DNA of 49,149 nucleotides, the filler included, from Sphacelaria rigidula (Eukaryota): NCBI GenBank assembly GCA_964200075.2. It is 3 parts of 3 records of this genome, joined end to end, with 100 filler letters (N's around TTAATTAATTAA, not from the genome) between each part and the next. Parts side by side here need not be neighbours in the genome. Positions count along the whole stretch, not along the records: positions 1 to 16,317 come from CAXNAA020001396.1; positions 16,418 to 32,733 come from CAXNAA020001397.1; 1 more part is not named here. The stretch is one strand, 5' to 3'. The notes under the pieces are model-generated. The model was not told where the DNA came from. It saw nothing but the letters and a program-made list of their open reading frames with translations, and searched no databases. The stretch's first letter is position 1. Each line of letters begins with the position of its first letter. Positions 13,004-26,000 of the stretch are shown one piece after another. Both the position numbers and the translations under genes were made by a program.

Positions 13004-14369
13004 AATGTTACATCCTTAGCCTGTCCCTGTGCTGCATTGACTCCCCGCTGTCGTATGCAGTTCGCCACAACATGAACGCAGATGCTTTTGCTGCGGCCAA
13101 CGTGTACGTCGGATATCACGATATCACCACTCGCAATGCGCTAAATCGCAACGCCACATTTTTTACAGCTGCCCGGGTTGCGGCTGAGCGTGCGTTCGCC
13201 CCAGGTGGCGCACACAGGAATGAAAGGCCACCTCCGCAACTGTAGTGGCTGCCCGTATCTCGTGCGAAGCTGTATGATAACACAGCCACTATGGCGCCAA
13301 ATCCGACATTTCACACGGTGGAGATTTTTACCCGCTGGTGTCTAAACGTAGCGTGCAGTTGCCGACTACAAGTACGAGTACAAACGGTTTTCCACATTTT
13401 ACAGCAGAAAATAGAATCCATACTGTGCGCGGTACACATTTGACATTGTGTACGTACTGACTATGGGGTTATGTGCCCAGGGCGTAGTAGACTTCACATA
13501 TAATTCGGCGCGTTGAGATCGTGAAAAATCCGTAACATATGGGCAAAGTGTAAGTGGGGCAATCGCCAAAATACTCACATGGAAACTCTGCCCCAGGGCA
13601 CTGCAGATTGATTTAGCTAGAAGAACACCACTATAACCACCTTGCCGTCTTCCAAACTGTCGGCACTTTGAGATACGCTAGCATTGCTATTTTCTGTACG
13701 GGTATGTTGCCCCCTTATGGGGTACGCTGGAAAGGGTCCGTGGCAAAACGCAGTGGTCGCGCGAGAGAAGCTTAACCTTGGCATGTCGAGCTTTTTGGAC
13801 CGGGAATCTTTAGCCCCCGACCCTCTTGTATATTAGGGAGTATAGATGCTGCTTCTTTGCTGGGTTGCTATGAGCTTTCATCCCTGACTGGGCGAAAATC
13901 GACGATGACGCCAGCGAGATTCGTTCTGGTCTGCGAGCCCGACCGATGCCGTACTCAGTACAATCGTCATCAGACAGGAAGTGCAAAATAAACAAATACT
14001 GGGGAGCCTGGTATCCACCGTTTTTATGCAGACCGGGCTCTCACCGCCTTCTGCAGATGCACGAGCGACTGTAAGACCTTGCTCTTGTACGAATGAACAC
14101 ATCCTCCAAGTTTCGGCGTCATCACAAGCGAGGTGCGCGTTTTCTACACGCCCAACCTTCGAAAACACCGCCTCCATAACATTGAAAAGGAATGCCACTG
14201 TATTATCGACAATGGTTCCTTAAACATCTCCGAAATTTTCGTGACTGGCAAGGTACCTGATGACCCTCGAATGCTTGAAAGTGCCACGACGTACACACAG
14301 GGCAGCTCTCCGAAGTGCTGCGTCGCAGTCCGGATTTTTCTGATTTCTCCGAAAATGAGGCTTCGGAGA

Positions 14370-15250
14370 AAAAATCAAGCCGCTTCGTTTTCGGACAAGT
14401 CTGAACGCAGAGTCCGAAAAAGCCGAAAAATTCTGAGATCTCCGAAGAAACAGTGTCGATAGTCATGGGCCTCACTGCGATGATTCCCGATCCCCGACAG
14501 AGGGGAAATGCCTGCGTCGACAATATTCGAAACCCATTGTAGCATGTTAGAACGGCGAATTTTTCGCTAGACTTCTCGCCGCACACGAAACAAAGTCGAC
14601 TTCACAGTCGACGAGAGATACGAACCGCTGAACCCCTCTCGCGATCAAACATAAGTGAAGCACCGCAAAAGGGAGGTGGAAAAATATCAAGCCGCTTCGT
14701 TTTCGGACAAGTCTGAATGCAGCAGTAGAGTTTATCGGCGTTGGGCTACAAACGTTCATGGTTGATATTACTTGATTTGAGTGTGTACAATGAGAATCGG
14801 ATGTTTAGTAGGGCTGACAGTCCCGTGTGATCCTCGCGTGCGCAGAATGCGTTTTCGTCGGAATCGGCGCCATAGGCGCCGATTTGGGGTCTACCAAGGC
14901 CGCACTTTGCGTAGGGAATGCATATGCCGCTCTTGCCCGAGGGTTCTCGGTATGCGTTGAGTTGGGGTTAGGGTTAGGGGTAGCGATACTTATAAACTTG
15001 TGTCAACCATGGACGTTTGTAGTCTAACGCCGGTAAACTAGCCTCAAAGGCAGAGTCCCAACAGTCCGAAAAATGCTGAGATCTCCGAAGAAACAGTGTC
15101 GATAGTCATGGGCCTCACTGCGATATTTTCCCGTTCTCGAGCGAGGGGAAATACCTGCGACGACAATATTCGAAACCCATTTTATGCACGTAAGAACGGC
15201 GGTATTTGTGCCAGACTTTTCGCTGCACACAAAACGAAGCTGATGCAATA
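14370..15250. repeat. ~310-bp tandem duplication whose second unit is split by a ~330-bp insert containing GGGTTAGGGTTAGGG
   Basis: 14370-14410 matches 14680-14721, and 14410-14600 matches 15050-15240 (gagatctccgaagaaacagtgtcgatagtcatgggcctcactgcgat). Confidence 0.65.
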
Positions 15251-15726
15251 GACAGTAGCGAGAAACCCAAGGCTATACTAGGTTGGAGATAGATGGTGGC
15301 CACAGACGGGGAAACAGGACGGGGATAAGATATGCAAAGCGTTTTTGTGTAGTGTGTGGAAGAAACATAGTTAGCACCTAAATGTTGGAAGTGTCTCTAT
15401 TAGAATTAGGAACGGTGTTCTATCTTGAAAGGGATGCGTGGTCAATGGTCAAACGACTAAGGCAAGCAAGACATGAGCACGCCTTCCTCCCCCTCGCCCC
15501 CATCCCAAGATCACTTCTCGATAGCTACCTCCTCCAGGAACTCCGACTCAGTTATACCGGCTACGGCGCAAGCACGAAGCTGCTGCAGCAAATACAGATA
15601 CACATTCTGTACGAAGACGATGGATACGGGACTTCGAAGCACGATCGAGCAGAGCTTACTTTGTACTGGCTGATAGAGGCTGGTTCAAACATATCACCCA
15701 AAAAACACCCATCGGCAAAACTTGAC

Positions 15727-15988
15727 GCCGTTTCAGGAGTTAGACCCTGAAATTTTGCACGAATGTTCTAAGGGTCATACGCAACTTTGCAGGAACGGGG
15801 TTTTTCGACTTTTTGACTTTTTTCACCTTTTTTCAGGGGTCCCAGTTTGGGGGGGGAAACCTCGACCCAATCGGATCCCCGTAAAACGGTAACAAAAACA
15901 AAAATCGGAAAACCCCGTTCCTGCAAAGTTGCGTAATGTCCCAAAGCACAGTTGTGCAAAATTTCAGGGTCTAACTCCTTGAAACGGC
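15727..15988. repeat. Foldback/palindromic MITE-like element
   Basis: The arm gccgtttcaggagttagaccctgaaattttgcac…tacgcaactttgcaggaacgggg has its reverse complement ending at 15988. Confidence 0.75.
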
Positions 15989-16317
15989 ATGAAGGTTTTG
16001 GCCTTTGTGCGATGAAGCTTGCCGTACCGCGGCGAAACCGCAAACTACTTGATTTTAGTAACAAAAACGGCGTGTTTGGGCCTTTTTTGACGTGAACATG
16101 GAAATTCAAGCACTAGTTGATCGAGTTTTGCGACGAAAAATTGTGGATCCCATCCTTGGGTTTTGCGGAGGCAGATAGTTTGCGAAGAAATGAAAAAACA
16201 TTGTCGCAGTGCCGTTTTTCTGGGGTCCCAGAATGGAGACTACTTCGAAAAACGACTTCGATCCCGTCGGACCCCCGAAAAACGGTGAAAAACTCAAGAA
16301 GTAAAAAAAAAATTGTC

Positions 16318-16417
16318 NNNNNNNNNNNNNNNNNNNNNNNNNNNNNNNNNNNNNNNNNNNNTTAATTAATTAANNNNNNNNNNNNNNNNNNNNNNNNNNN
16401 NNNNNNNNNNNNNNNNN
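16318..16417. other. Assembly gap with artificial six-frame-stop spacer
   Basis: 100 nt: N44-TTAATTAATTAA-N44. Confidence 0.95.
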
Positions 16418-16553
<136 letters not shown>

Positions 16554-16689
16554 TTCGACGGACATCATCGCCAAGCCAATACTACCATCGTCGATCCAGC
16601 TTCCACAACCGTGCCATCGAACAACCATCACCAACAAATTTCAACATCTTCAGCTGAACCTGCGACCGATACCTGCCCACCATCAAACG

Positions 16690-17110
16690 GTATCGGGTTT
16701 TCCTTCCTTTCAGGTTCGCATGTCACTGCCAACCATTGTACACCCAATGAAATTTAATCTGGCAGTTGACAGTGGCTCCAGTGGGCATTTTTTTGGATAA
16801 TCAGCTATTGTTGATTACGTGAAGATCGGTCCACCCATGAGCATTCTTACTGCTGGACGTCATCTCCTACAGGGTACGGGAAGAGGCGTTATGAGCACCA
16901 TCGCTATTGATGTTGAAGAAATCCAGCGCTCCGTTCACCTTCCTGCCGTGATTTTTTCAGGTCTGAGAAGACGTCTGTTCTCTCCGGTAGAAGCAGTAAT
17001 AAAAGGGGCGTCAAGCGTCTTTTCGGCTAATTCCTACGTAGACCTCGATGTTTTATAAATTCCGATAAGCAACTGCGGTGGAGCGTTCCACTACATGAGC
17101 ATGCAGGTTG
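16690..17110 (+). mobile_element. Degenerate Ty1/Copia gag-pol relic (aspartic protease region)
   Basis: LAVDSGSSGHF (from 16759) is followed, after frameshifts, by KIGPPMSILTAGRHLLQGTGRG…LPAVIFSGLRRRLFS. This fits the Copia protease DSGxxxH…VPGLxxNLxS pattern. Confidence 0.7.
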
Positions 17111-17550
17111 CTCAAAATTCGAAAACCTTGAGCAAAAGGATCGAGTCAGCACTCACGACCAATGTATTATCCGGGGAATGTGTGGAGATGGGCACAGCAT
17201 TATCAGCCACACTGTCTCCGCCGAACACGGCAGGAACCGTCAAGATCGTAGATCCACCTCCGACAGAAGTCGGCCGAAAAGTCGAAACTGTGTGCCGTTC
17301 AGCCGGGAAAATGGGCAAGAGTCGAAACAACAGTAGATCTAGATCTTCATGGGTCAAGCCTACAACTGCATGCATCAGTGCGGATAATAGATGAAATTAG
17401 AAATCTCATGAAAGGAACAGACGAGTCAACTCTACAACGGCAGAAAACAGCAGGCGCGGAAGATATAACAAGGGTATAGGAACGTTATTCCATCTTCGAC
17501 AACGAGGAGACTAACAACTACACGGCACAAGGTCCGTGATCAGCATCAGA

Positions 17551-18762
17551 CAGTGAATCCAAAAAAATGGGGTTGATACAAAATATGGGGTTGAAGTGGC
17601 ATTTCTCTTTTGCAGGGGAGACACGAAACACTAGCGATCTAGCGAAGCCATCTTCCCCCCCAAATGTCCGNNNNNNNNNNAGCAGTTGAGCAGCTGTGGC
17701 TAGGTGCACCTGAAGAATGCAGTGTACAGGCGTGTCGATGACGACATCACCAGAGAGAGAAGCAACGACAGAGAGGAAGCTCCTCGCCCGAGTCCTTTGT
17801 GTGTCCCCGCTCGGCGATAACCAAACTCTCGAGAGACTGGCATCATCGATCTTACCAGCATGTGCCCAGTTTTCCATGTCCCGAAACACCAAGCTGCGGA
17901 GAGATTCCGTCGTCTTTTCATGCCTTTCGAGCTCACGAATGCGAAGATCGATTTTTCTCTGCCTCTCCTCTTGGACAGGACGCGCCTCTGTGCGCTGAAA
18001 AACATGTCGTTGAAAAAATAGGGCAATGTTCCCGTCACCGCTACTACTGTCACACACATGCCAGGAAGGGCGGTGCTGCGGCAATAATAGATATATCCAA
18101 TTTGAACTTAGGGGGTGTTATTCATCGTTGATTTTCGCCGACCTCTCCCAACGGGGTGGCCGAGCAGAAGGGCGTGCCACACGCCAGTTGAGGGGAGTGT
18201 ATGAGAGATCAAACATTTGTAGAAACTTTTTTGACATGCGGAGTGAAAAAAGATACCTCTGGTGGTCATCTCACTGTTGCTAACGTGGCGCATAGACAAT
18301 GTGCAGCGCGCTGGTCACGTGGACAGCTCGGTACAGTACGAGTACAGTAGTAGCTTCCCCAAAGTAACAATTATTCTGATGTCAGGAGGACGTGGTCACG
18401 TTAACCAATTGCATGGAAGTCGCGAGACCTGTGAAAGCTAGAGAGTTTGGTTTTATGATCTGCACCCACAAAATTGGAACGGTTCTGAAAACCTGAAGGA
18501 AGGTGGCCGCTTCGGGTCCAGTCAAACATCCGAAGAAACTATCGAACAGCGATACGAAACTCTTCCGGGATTGGCATTGGACAGTGCTCGAACAATGGAA
18601 TAGAAATCAACAAGTTACCGTTTGTATTAGAAAACAATGCGCATGGAACGCTTTGCAGCTTCGAATACACAGAGTTTGATGGAAAGAAACCTCTCCGGGC
18701 CCCCATGTGCGTTGTATCCGCCTGTCCAAGTTTTTCCTCGTTCATCGATGCCCGGCTGGGGT
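17551..18762 (+). mobile_element. Diverged, truncated relative of the long-TIR element at 20518-22334
   Basis: Starts cagtgaatccaaaaaaatggggttga (vs cagcggatcctaatttttggggttga). 17690-18290 is colinear with 20645-21235 and 18440-18760 is more weakly similar to 21380-21720. Contains a 10-N gap. Confidence 0.7.
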
Positions 18763-18827
18763 ACGTCTATCATGAGACCACGGCTGGACCCCTGGGGGTC
18801 AGTTACAGTGCGACAACCAATCAATCA
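18763..18827 (+). mobile_element. Non-LTR retroelement 3' tail fragment, (CAAT)n
   Basis: Near-identical to 5223-5292. Confidence 0.6.
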
Positions 18828-18889
18828 AATTAAATCACTTTTTGGAATTATCACCTCCGTTACACCTCACAGAGGAGGATGTATCGGTC

Positions 18890-19878
18890 AGGTTGGTAAG
18901 TACAGGTTGAAGCCTACCAAAATTGTAAGCCGCCGTTTATCTCGAGGCTCGGGTGGAAAACGTGCGATACAACATTTTTTTGCTTTATTGGGAGAATTTG
19001 GAAAGGCCCAGGTGGGATCATGAGGAGGATCTGAGGCAGTATGATGCAGTGATATTGACGTACTGGATGGGAGATCCGAAGATGGATGAACCGGATAGCT
19101 CGAAGTATCGAAAGTATCGTATCAATCTGGCGACAAGGGCAGAAGCTAGGGAAAGAGGGCAGATGTTTGTTGCCAAAGGCCATGAACTTCGAAGCAATGT
19201 TAATAATGCTGATTTCCACGTTTATGACTCGCAGCTGGTTGGCTGCTATATTTACTTCCACACGCAGAAAGCAGGGTGGCAGATAGCCCAGGTTATGGGA
19301 CTACAAGCAAACGCGGGGCTACAAAGTCGGCCGCACACAATTCGGATGCTGGATTTGGGAGGGAGGTACAACGTCCATCTTTCCATGGAAATTCTGAACA
19401 CCTCCCGAAACCAAGTGGGGGATTGGTGCTGGGATTACCATGTGCAGCGCGGGACGTCGAAATTGTTCCCGCATGCGTTATAGCTGGGAGCATGGGAGGA
19501 GACCATCGACTATCTTCTGATTTGAAGACGGGCATCTGAAGATTAAAATAGATGATTGGGAAGCGGTTTGGCATCGGTACGTAGCAAGAAGGAGATGAAG
19601 CTGCGCTGGAAGATCGATTAAATGCTGTCTAGCCTAGTTTATTAGTTGGAATGTGTTCTCTGTTTCCTTGTGTTGGTGGGACGCAGGCAGCAATCGAAGT
19701 ATGAGACTGATGTTGGGAAGTGATGTATAAAGTAATCGTAGGAACGAGTGAAGTTATATATATATATATATGTGTGTGTGTTTGTTTTCTGAGCTTTCCT
19801 CCTTGGTTTGAGAATTGTCTCGATATAGAAGCACGGAGGATGAAGGATTTATTGAGGCTCACTTAGTACGTTAGTACA
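18890..19878 (+). mobile_element. 3' end of a Ty3/Gypsy chromovirus: chromodomain-bearing pol C-terminus plus probable 3' LTR (~19493-19878)
   Basis: KIVSRRLSRGSGGKRAIQ / (frameshift) LYWENLERPRWDHEEDL fits a chromodomain. The following ILTYWMG…KYRKYRI…GCYIYFH…GDWCWDYHV resembles the extension of brown-algal chromoviruses as I recall them. The stop is at 19483 and a TG…CA segment ends ttagtaca at 19878. Confidence 0.7.
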
Positions 19879-20517
19879 TGGCATGTGTTTGTTCACCGAA
19901 ATTATCAGTGTAACGATGAAATTTAGGTTCACAGAATGGGCTGATGTGGTGAGACAAACACTCTGTGACTTTTCGGTTTCTTATCTGATGAATCCAAGTG
20001 AATAGAAGAGCTATGTGTATACACGAATTGAATTGTCTGAAGCTAGAAAAGATCGTTGTTCGTGACATAAGGGTAAAGCTTTCCTGGTTTTTTGAAGGAT
20101 TACAAGTTTAACATTGGAAACTATCTGGTTGGATTTCAGAAATCTATGATAGAAGCAAGACAAAACCATGTCATCCGGCTTTCTGGGCAACATACACCAC
20201 CCTGAAAGCTGCTGTTCACTGGTCACGTCGTCTTGATCACCCACAAAAGCGATCAAACCTCTGAAGAAATTGAACTCCAGCTTCTCTCCTGACATTTTTG
20301 ATTGTTTGACTGTACACAAGTACCAAGAACTGTCCTGAAACAATATTTGAGGAAAGATTGCCTGTTCACCAGCATGGTTGGCAAGCACGTCGTACGAGGT
20401 GAGGTTTCGCTTCTGTTTCAACTGCATGAATCTGTATGCAGGACCTTGCTTTATTTGAACACTGTGAATCCTAAGTATCGTACACCGTACGTACTGGAGT
20501 TTCGCATCAACCTGTAA

Positions 20518-22334
20518 CAGCGGATCCTAATTTTTGGGGTTGAACTAAGAAATGAGGTTCAACCCGCAGATTGTTTTCGTTCGTGAAATATCAAACAGTA
20601 ACACAGAAAGGAAGTCCTTCCCCCCAAAAGTCCGCAGGAGGAGTTGGGCAGTTCAAGCTAGGTGCACCCAACGAATGCGGTGTACACGCGTGTCGATGAC
20701 GATACCACCAGAGAGAGGAGCAACGATAGAGAGGAAGCTCCTCGCCCGCGTCCTTTGTGTGTCCTCGCTCGGCGATTACCAATCGCTCGAGAGACTGACA
20801 TCATTCATGTTACCAGAATGTACCAAATGTTCCATGTCGTGCCCAAAGGCCGAGCTGCGGAGAGATTTAGTCTCTTCGTCTTGCCCGAGCACTTCACCGA
20901 TGCGAAGATCATTTTTTCTCTGGCTCTCTTTCTGAACAGCACGCGCCTCTGTGCGCTGAAGAACATGTCTTTCGAAAACAGGGCAATATTCCCGTCACCG
21001 CTACTACTGTTCTCTGTCACACACATGTCCGCAAGCACGGTGCTGCGGCAAAACCCCACAGATCCAATATGAACTTAGGGGGGTGTTATTCATCGTCGAG
21101 GTCCGCCACGCCCCAACCGGGCGCTTGACCGCACGCCAGATGGGAGGAGTGCACGAGAGATCAAACACTTGTGAAGACGTTCTTGACATGCAGAGTGAAA
21201 AACGATACCTATGATGGTGACCTAACTGTTGCTGGCATCGTGCAGAGGGGTGCGTCAGCTGCGATCTTGAGCTTTCGTTCATCTACTCTACTGACTGCCT
21301 GCCGCCTGCAGAGCGTCAAGCTATAGAGGTCACACTGGGTAGTGTAACATGTTATTATGTACCCGAATTCAGAGCACCTTTGGAAACGAAAGAGTTCATT
21401 TTTTCAAAGTACGTCGACATGGTTGAAATGACTCTCCTTAACCCAGGGAAAGTGCCCGCTTTGGGTCCGTTCAAACGTTCGAAGATAGTGTCGAACAGCA
21501 CTATGAATCTTTCCTGGCATTTTCATTTGCCGATCAGTACAGTACCATCACAAATCGACAATTTAACGTCCTTATTAGACACTAACGGGCATCAAACTGT
21601 TTGTAGGTAAAAAGACGGGCATTTTCATAAACGAGAAGCTCTATGTTCCCCCGTGGGCGTTGTATGCCGTCTCGAAAACTATGCCGTCCTTCTTCCAAAC
21701 TTGGCGGGCGGACGGGGAAGCCGCAGTTCCAAAGTGTTGGGGCGTGGCGGACCTCGACGATGAATAACACCCCCTAAGTTCATATTGAATCTGTGGGGTT
21801 TTGCCGCAGCGCCGTGCTTGCGGGCATGTGTGTGACAGAGAACAGTAGTAGCGGTGACGGGAATATTGCCCTGTTTTTGAAAGACATGTTTTCCAGCGCA
21901 CAGAGGCGCGTGCTGTTCAGAAAGAGAGCCAGAGAGAAAATGATCTTGGCATCGGTGAAGTGCTCGGGCAAGACGAATAGACGAAATTTCTCCGCAGCTC
22001 GGCCTTTGGGCACGACATGGAAAATTGGGTACATTCTGGTAACATGAATGATGTCAGTCTCTCGAGCGATTGGTAATCGCCGAGCGAGGACACACAAAGG
22101 ACGCGGGCGAGGAGCTTCCCCTCTGTCGTTGCTCCTCTCTCTGGTGGTATCGTCATCGACACGCGTGTACACCGCATTCGTTGGGTGCACCTAGCCCGAA
22201 CTGCCCAACTCCTCCTGCGGAGTTTTGGGGGGAAGGACTTCCTTTCTGTGTTACTGTTTGGTATTTCACGAACGAAAACAATCTGCGGGTTGAACCTCAT
22301 TTCTTAGTTCAACCCCAAAAATTAGGATCCGCTG
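20518..22334. mobile_element. 1.8-kb non-autonomous element with ~600-bp terminal inverted repeats
   Basis: 20518-21117 and 21736-22334 are highly similar reverse complements (CAGCGGATCCTAATTTTTGGGGTTGAAC…). The spacer is ~620 bp. No TSD was found. Confidence 0.9.
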
Positions 22335-23065
22335 CTCTGTGTACAAGGCACCAACGTCATATGCTTCGAGTCAAGTGTCGATTAGCAAACACAGTCGAAC
22401 CCACCCATACGCGTTGGGGCACAGAAATGATAAATCAACGAAACATCGGTAAGGTGTCTGTTGTATATTCCCCTCTTTGCTTGACTTCCATTTGCACAAA
22501 CTTTGGGCTGCTATAGCGCCTCACCCACGCGCCATCACATCGTTTCTACGCCGTCGTCGGTCGTCCTCCTCTTCGCAAAGCCGACCTCAGTGAACCCCTT
22601 CCGAGTAGATTAGCCCGAGAAACGCCCACAACCAAGAGGAGCCCGGGAGGGGAGGGCTAAAAGGCGGGTACAAGATTCTCACACAGAACGCACCTTTGAA
22701 TGGATACGCATGCATGCATTCTAGACCGCGTCCTACCCTGTATATATTACAGAAAACTCGGGTTCTATGTATCATCCCGACCTCTTGCACTTCCCGCAAC
22801 TGGGCCCGGTCTTGATACCCCCACATGATCCCTTTATCACACGCAACGACGCACACACATGCTCAGCCTACTGCCCTCCCTCTACAGTACATCTATATTT
22901 CTCCCATCGGAATGATTCCCACGATTCTGTATGGCGCGCGCACACCACCAAACAATGGGGTGGGCAACAGCAGGGTAGATAACACGCTATTGGGTCGCTA
23001 CTGGCACAAAGAGCATGCAATACATGTCTACTCCAATACCCGACAAGATCGGCTGTCGTGGATTC

Positions 23066-26000
23066 CTAACCGACGGGGTCAGTGGACTTCTCGTTGATTC
23101 TTTCCAAGGTTTGCTCTTTGAGGAGCTCGATGGCTTCAGGTCTGAGAAGAGGCTGGTCGGGCGCGACGAAGCCCTGTTCGCCTGCTACGACGGCATTCTC
23201 TTGTTCGGCCTCGATGCCGTCCATGGCTGCCTTTTCTTGTTCCTCCACCGGAACCGGTACCGCGTCTCCAGCTGCCGCTGCCGTGAGCGGGGGAAGGTCG
23301 CTGAAATGGTTACGAGGTAAGAGGGCGGGCGCGCGCGGGGGGAAAAGGTGGGGTGGTGGGGGTAAGGGGGGGGAAAGGTAGTCATGATCATGCATGTCAT
23401 AAGTCATCTGACCATTGACCTCGCATCCCTACATAGCCGGGACGGAGCACGCCGGGATTTTGCCGGACAGGTTCGCACTCAATCACCAAGCGCGACGCGC
23501 CGTGGGTGTATGTAAAGTCGCACGAAGGATGGGCTATTCGGCTCGAAGCCTGCTGACCATTTTGCGTCTGGATGACAGCCAACAATGAGTTGCTTTATTT
23601 TCTGGTATCGCCACTTCCAGAGACAGCCACGGCTTACACACGGCCTCATGGGTGTCTCACCGTTAAAACGCATGAAGGGTGAGCTGCATCCTGCCAACAT
23701 TGTTCGGCCCGGGGCCTACTGAATATCTTGCATTTGGATGCCAGCCTACGACGAGTCGCTTTATTTTGTGATATGGCCACTTTCAGGGACAACCACGGCT
23801 TATACACTGCCTCATGGGTGTCTCGCCATGTAAACACTACGTAGTACGACATTCCATCGTGCGGAGTTGAGGTTCTTCCACGCCGCACAACGTGATTTAG
23901 CTCGACTACCATCATGGGTACTGCAAACAAAACGCAAGCGCGCAAAGTGAATCGGTAACCTGGTTGCCGAGCTTACGCAGTGAATGAGGTGTTTTACAGC
24001 GCCATCGTCAACCGACAGCTACCCCATCGGGGGTCCGTCCCTACAAAGCCGGGACGGAGCACGCCGGGTTTTCTCTGGACCGGGCTGTGTGGCGGGGGGG
24101 GGGGGGGGGCGGAAACGCCTAGTGAGGCTTTCGGATTGCACACGCGAGGATGAAGTTCCAACAAATGAGGGGAGGTTAGGTGGGATAGGGCTAAAGTTGG
24201 TATGCTTGGGGAAAGGAAGCACGTTGTACACAAAAACAATTCCCCCATTTAGTATTGTCGGAACAATACGGAGCAGAACACCGTTCTTCGAGGGAGTGTC
24301 TCTGACCGTACACAATGGCAATGATGATCGGTTTGGTATCAAAGAGCGGAGGCGAGGTCTCTACGCTTGTAGGCCCCCCGACGGCTTGTGAGCCCGTGAC
24401 TCGTTCAGAGTCGGTCGAGAGATATATCTTTCCGAAACTGATGTCGAGTACTCGAAACCCTAGATTCCCGGGGTTCATCAATTGAAACCAGTGACGAGTG
24501 GTGGTAACCGAAAGAACTGAAAAACCACTTTCAATCGAAGAAAATGTTTCGGCAAAGCTATCGCGCTGTGCACGAGGCACCGATATTTGTGAATAGACAC
24601 AACACGATTTCCTTCAATCGGTGAGGACAGGGGACATTTCGCGTGGATGCACACGATGGGGCGATAATGATCATCGACGAAAAACACTGGCAGTGCTTAT
24701 TGCGCCTACACATAACCCCCCGAGTAGTGATATTCTGGAATCGTACATGAGGTAGTCAAACTCGCCCCGCAACACATGTCCAATGTGGTAGCTGTTGCCC
24801 GTCAGAAATACAATGATGTGTACCCCATGACTTAGGTCGCCCCCACGCACATCCTCTCGACTCCTCGCGGCCACGCCATACTCCTCATCGAGACCGAAAA
24901 CTTAGGTTGTGAGTTGATGTAGTACGCTTCCTCCTGTAGAAACCCAGCTACAGGTGGTTGACGTACCTCAGGGTAGGTTTGGGCGCAGGTGAGGGCGGTG
25001 TTCCAGTGGTGAAATAGTAGGTAGTGTCCGAGCCGTACGTTTCCTGGCGGTAAGGGGTCAAGCTCCCCAGGGAGACCTGCGGGCACATGAATGTTTGTTT
25101 GTGGGAGTTAATTGTCACGATCTCCTAGGGCAGGAATGTGTAGAGTTAGTCAACGTAGTAGAGCGTGCATTTTTGCAAGAATGTACTTCTCACGACACAA
25201 CCGTAATTGGTTCTTTCGATGAAATAGATCATACCAGGAACACACGTAGAAAACAAGTAGACTCACGCTGGCAGCATCGGCCGTGGGCACAGTGACGGGG
25301 ATTACACCCGCGCCGCCGGTAGAATCCAGACTCATGCCCAGGACAGCACCGGTAGCGACATCCTTCGTAGCCGTAACGATAGGACTGTCAGCATCCAACG
25401 CTTCGTGCTCTTGGAAGTTCACGCACAGGTCGTCGAACTTGACGGACTGCACATTTAGTGATACCGGGAAAGTGAGTTCAGATTGGTGCTTCGGGCGGTG
25501 GACGATAGAGCACTTCACGTTCATTGTGCCGATTGTCTCAGGTACCACTATGTTACCTCGATGAAAATTGAGACTACCAAATAAGTTATACTAGAATCGC
25601 GTACGAGCGAGTGCGTTTTTGACGGCGATAGATCTCACGAGCCGCGAAGGACGATTGAAAGATTTGCACATCCATTACTCACTTTCGCTAGTGCACTCCC
25701 GACTCGAAATACTAAAACGGCCACTTCGGGATGTCGGGAAATAGGCCATACCTTGACAGGGAAGGTGACGAAGCTCGACAGGGTGGCCATGACATCCACG
25801 TACCACTTCTCCAGAGAAGACATGCCGCCCAGGTCCGCAGTTGGGATGATGTTGGCCTGGTGGAACATGTACTTGTCCCTGGTTTTGGCGAGAGTACGAA
25901 ATTGTGTAGAATGAGGGGAGCGGAGCAAGCGGCGCGTCCACATCATCCTCGCGGGGAGGCGAAGTGTCGTGACTACTAGGAACAAATGTCGTCGGAGTGG

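Noticed and set aside
13810-14223. Possible reverse-transcriptase relic (FLFNVMEA…FLSDD)
   Set aside because: The motifs are too weak and fall in different frames, so the call cannot be supported.
19880-20460. AT-richer 138-aa minus-strand ORF
   Set aside because: No recognisable motif. It sits between two mobile elements and is probably TE-derived.
20552-22300. Pairs of near-identical ORFs on opposite strands (127, 136 and 84 aa)
   Set aside because: They are a by-product of the 600-bp inverted repeat and contain no recognisable domain.
25150-25548. ORF resembling the finger region of a ubiquitin-specific protease
   Set aside because: The resemblance came partly from intron sequence. The true exon (25446-25267) continues the Agd3-like frame (FPVK|SVKFDD).
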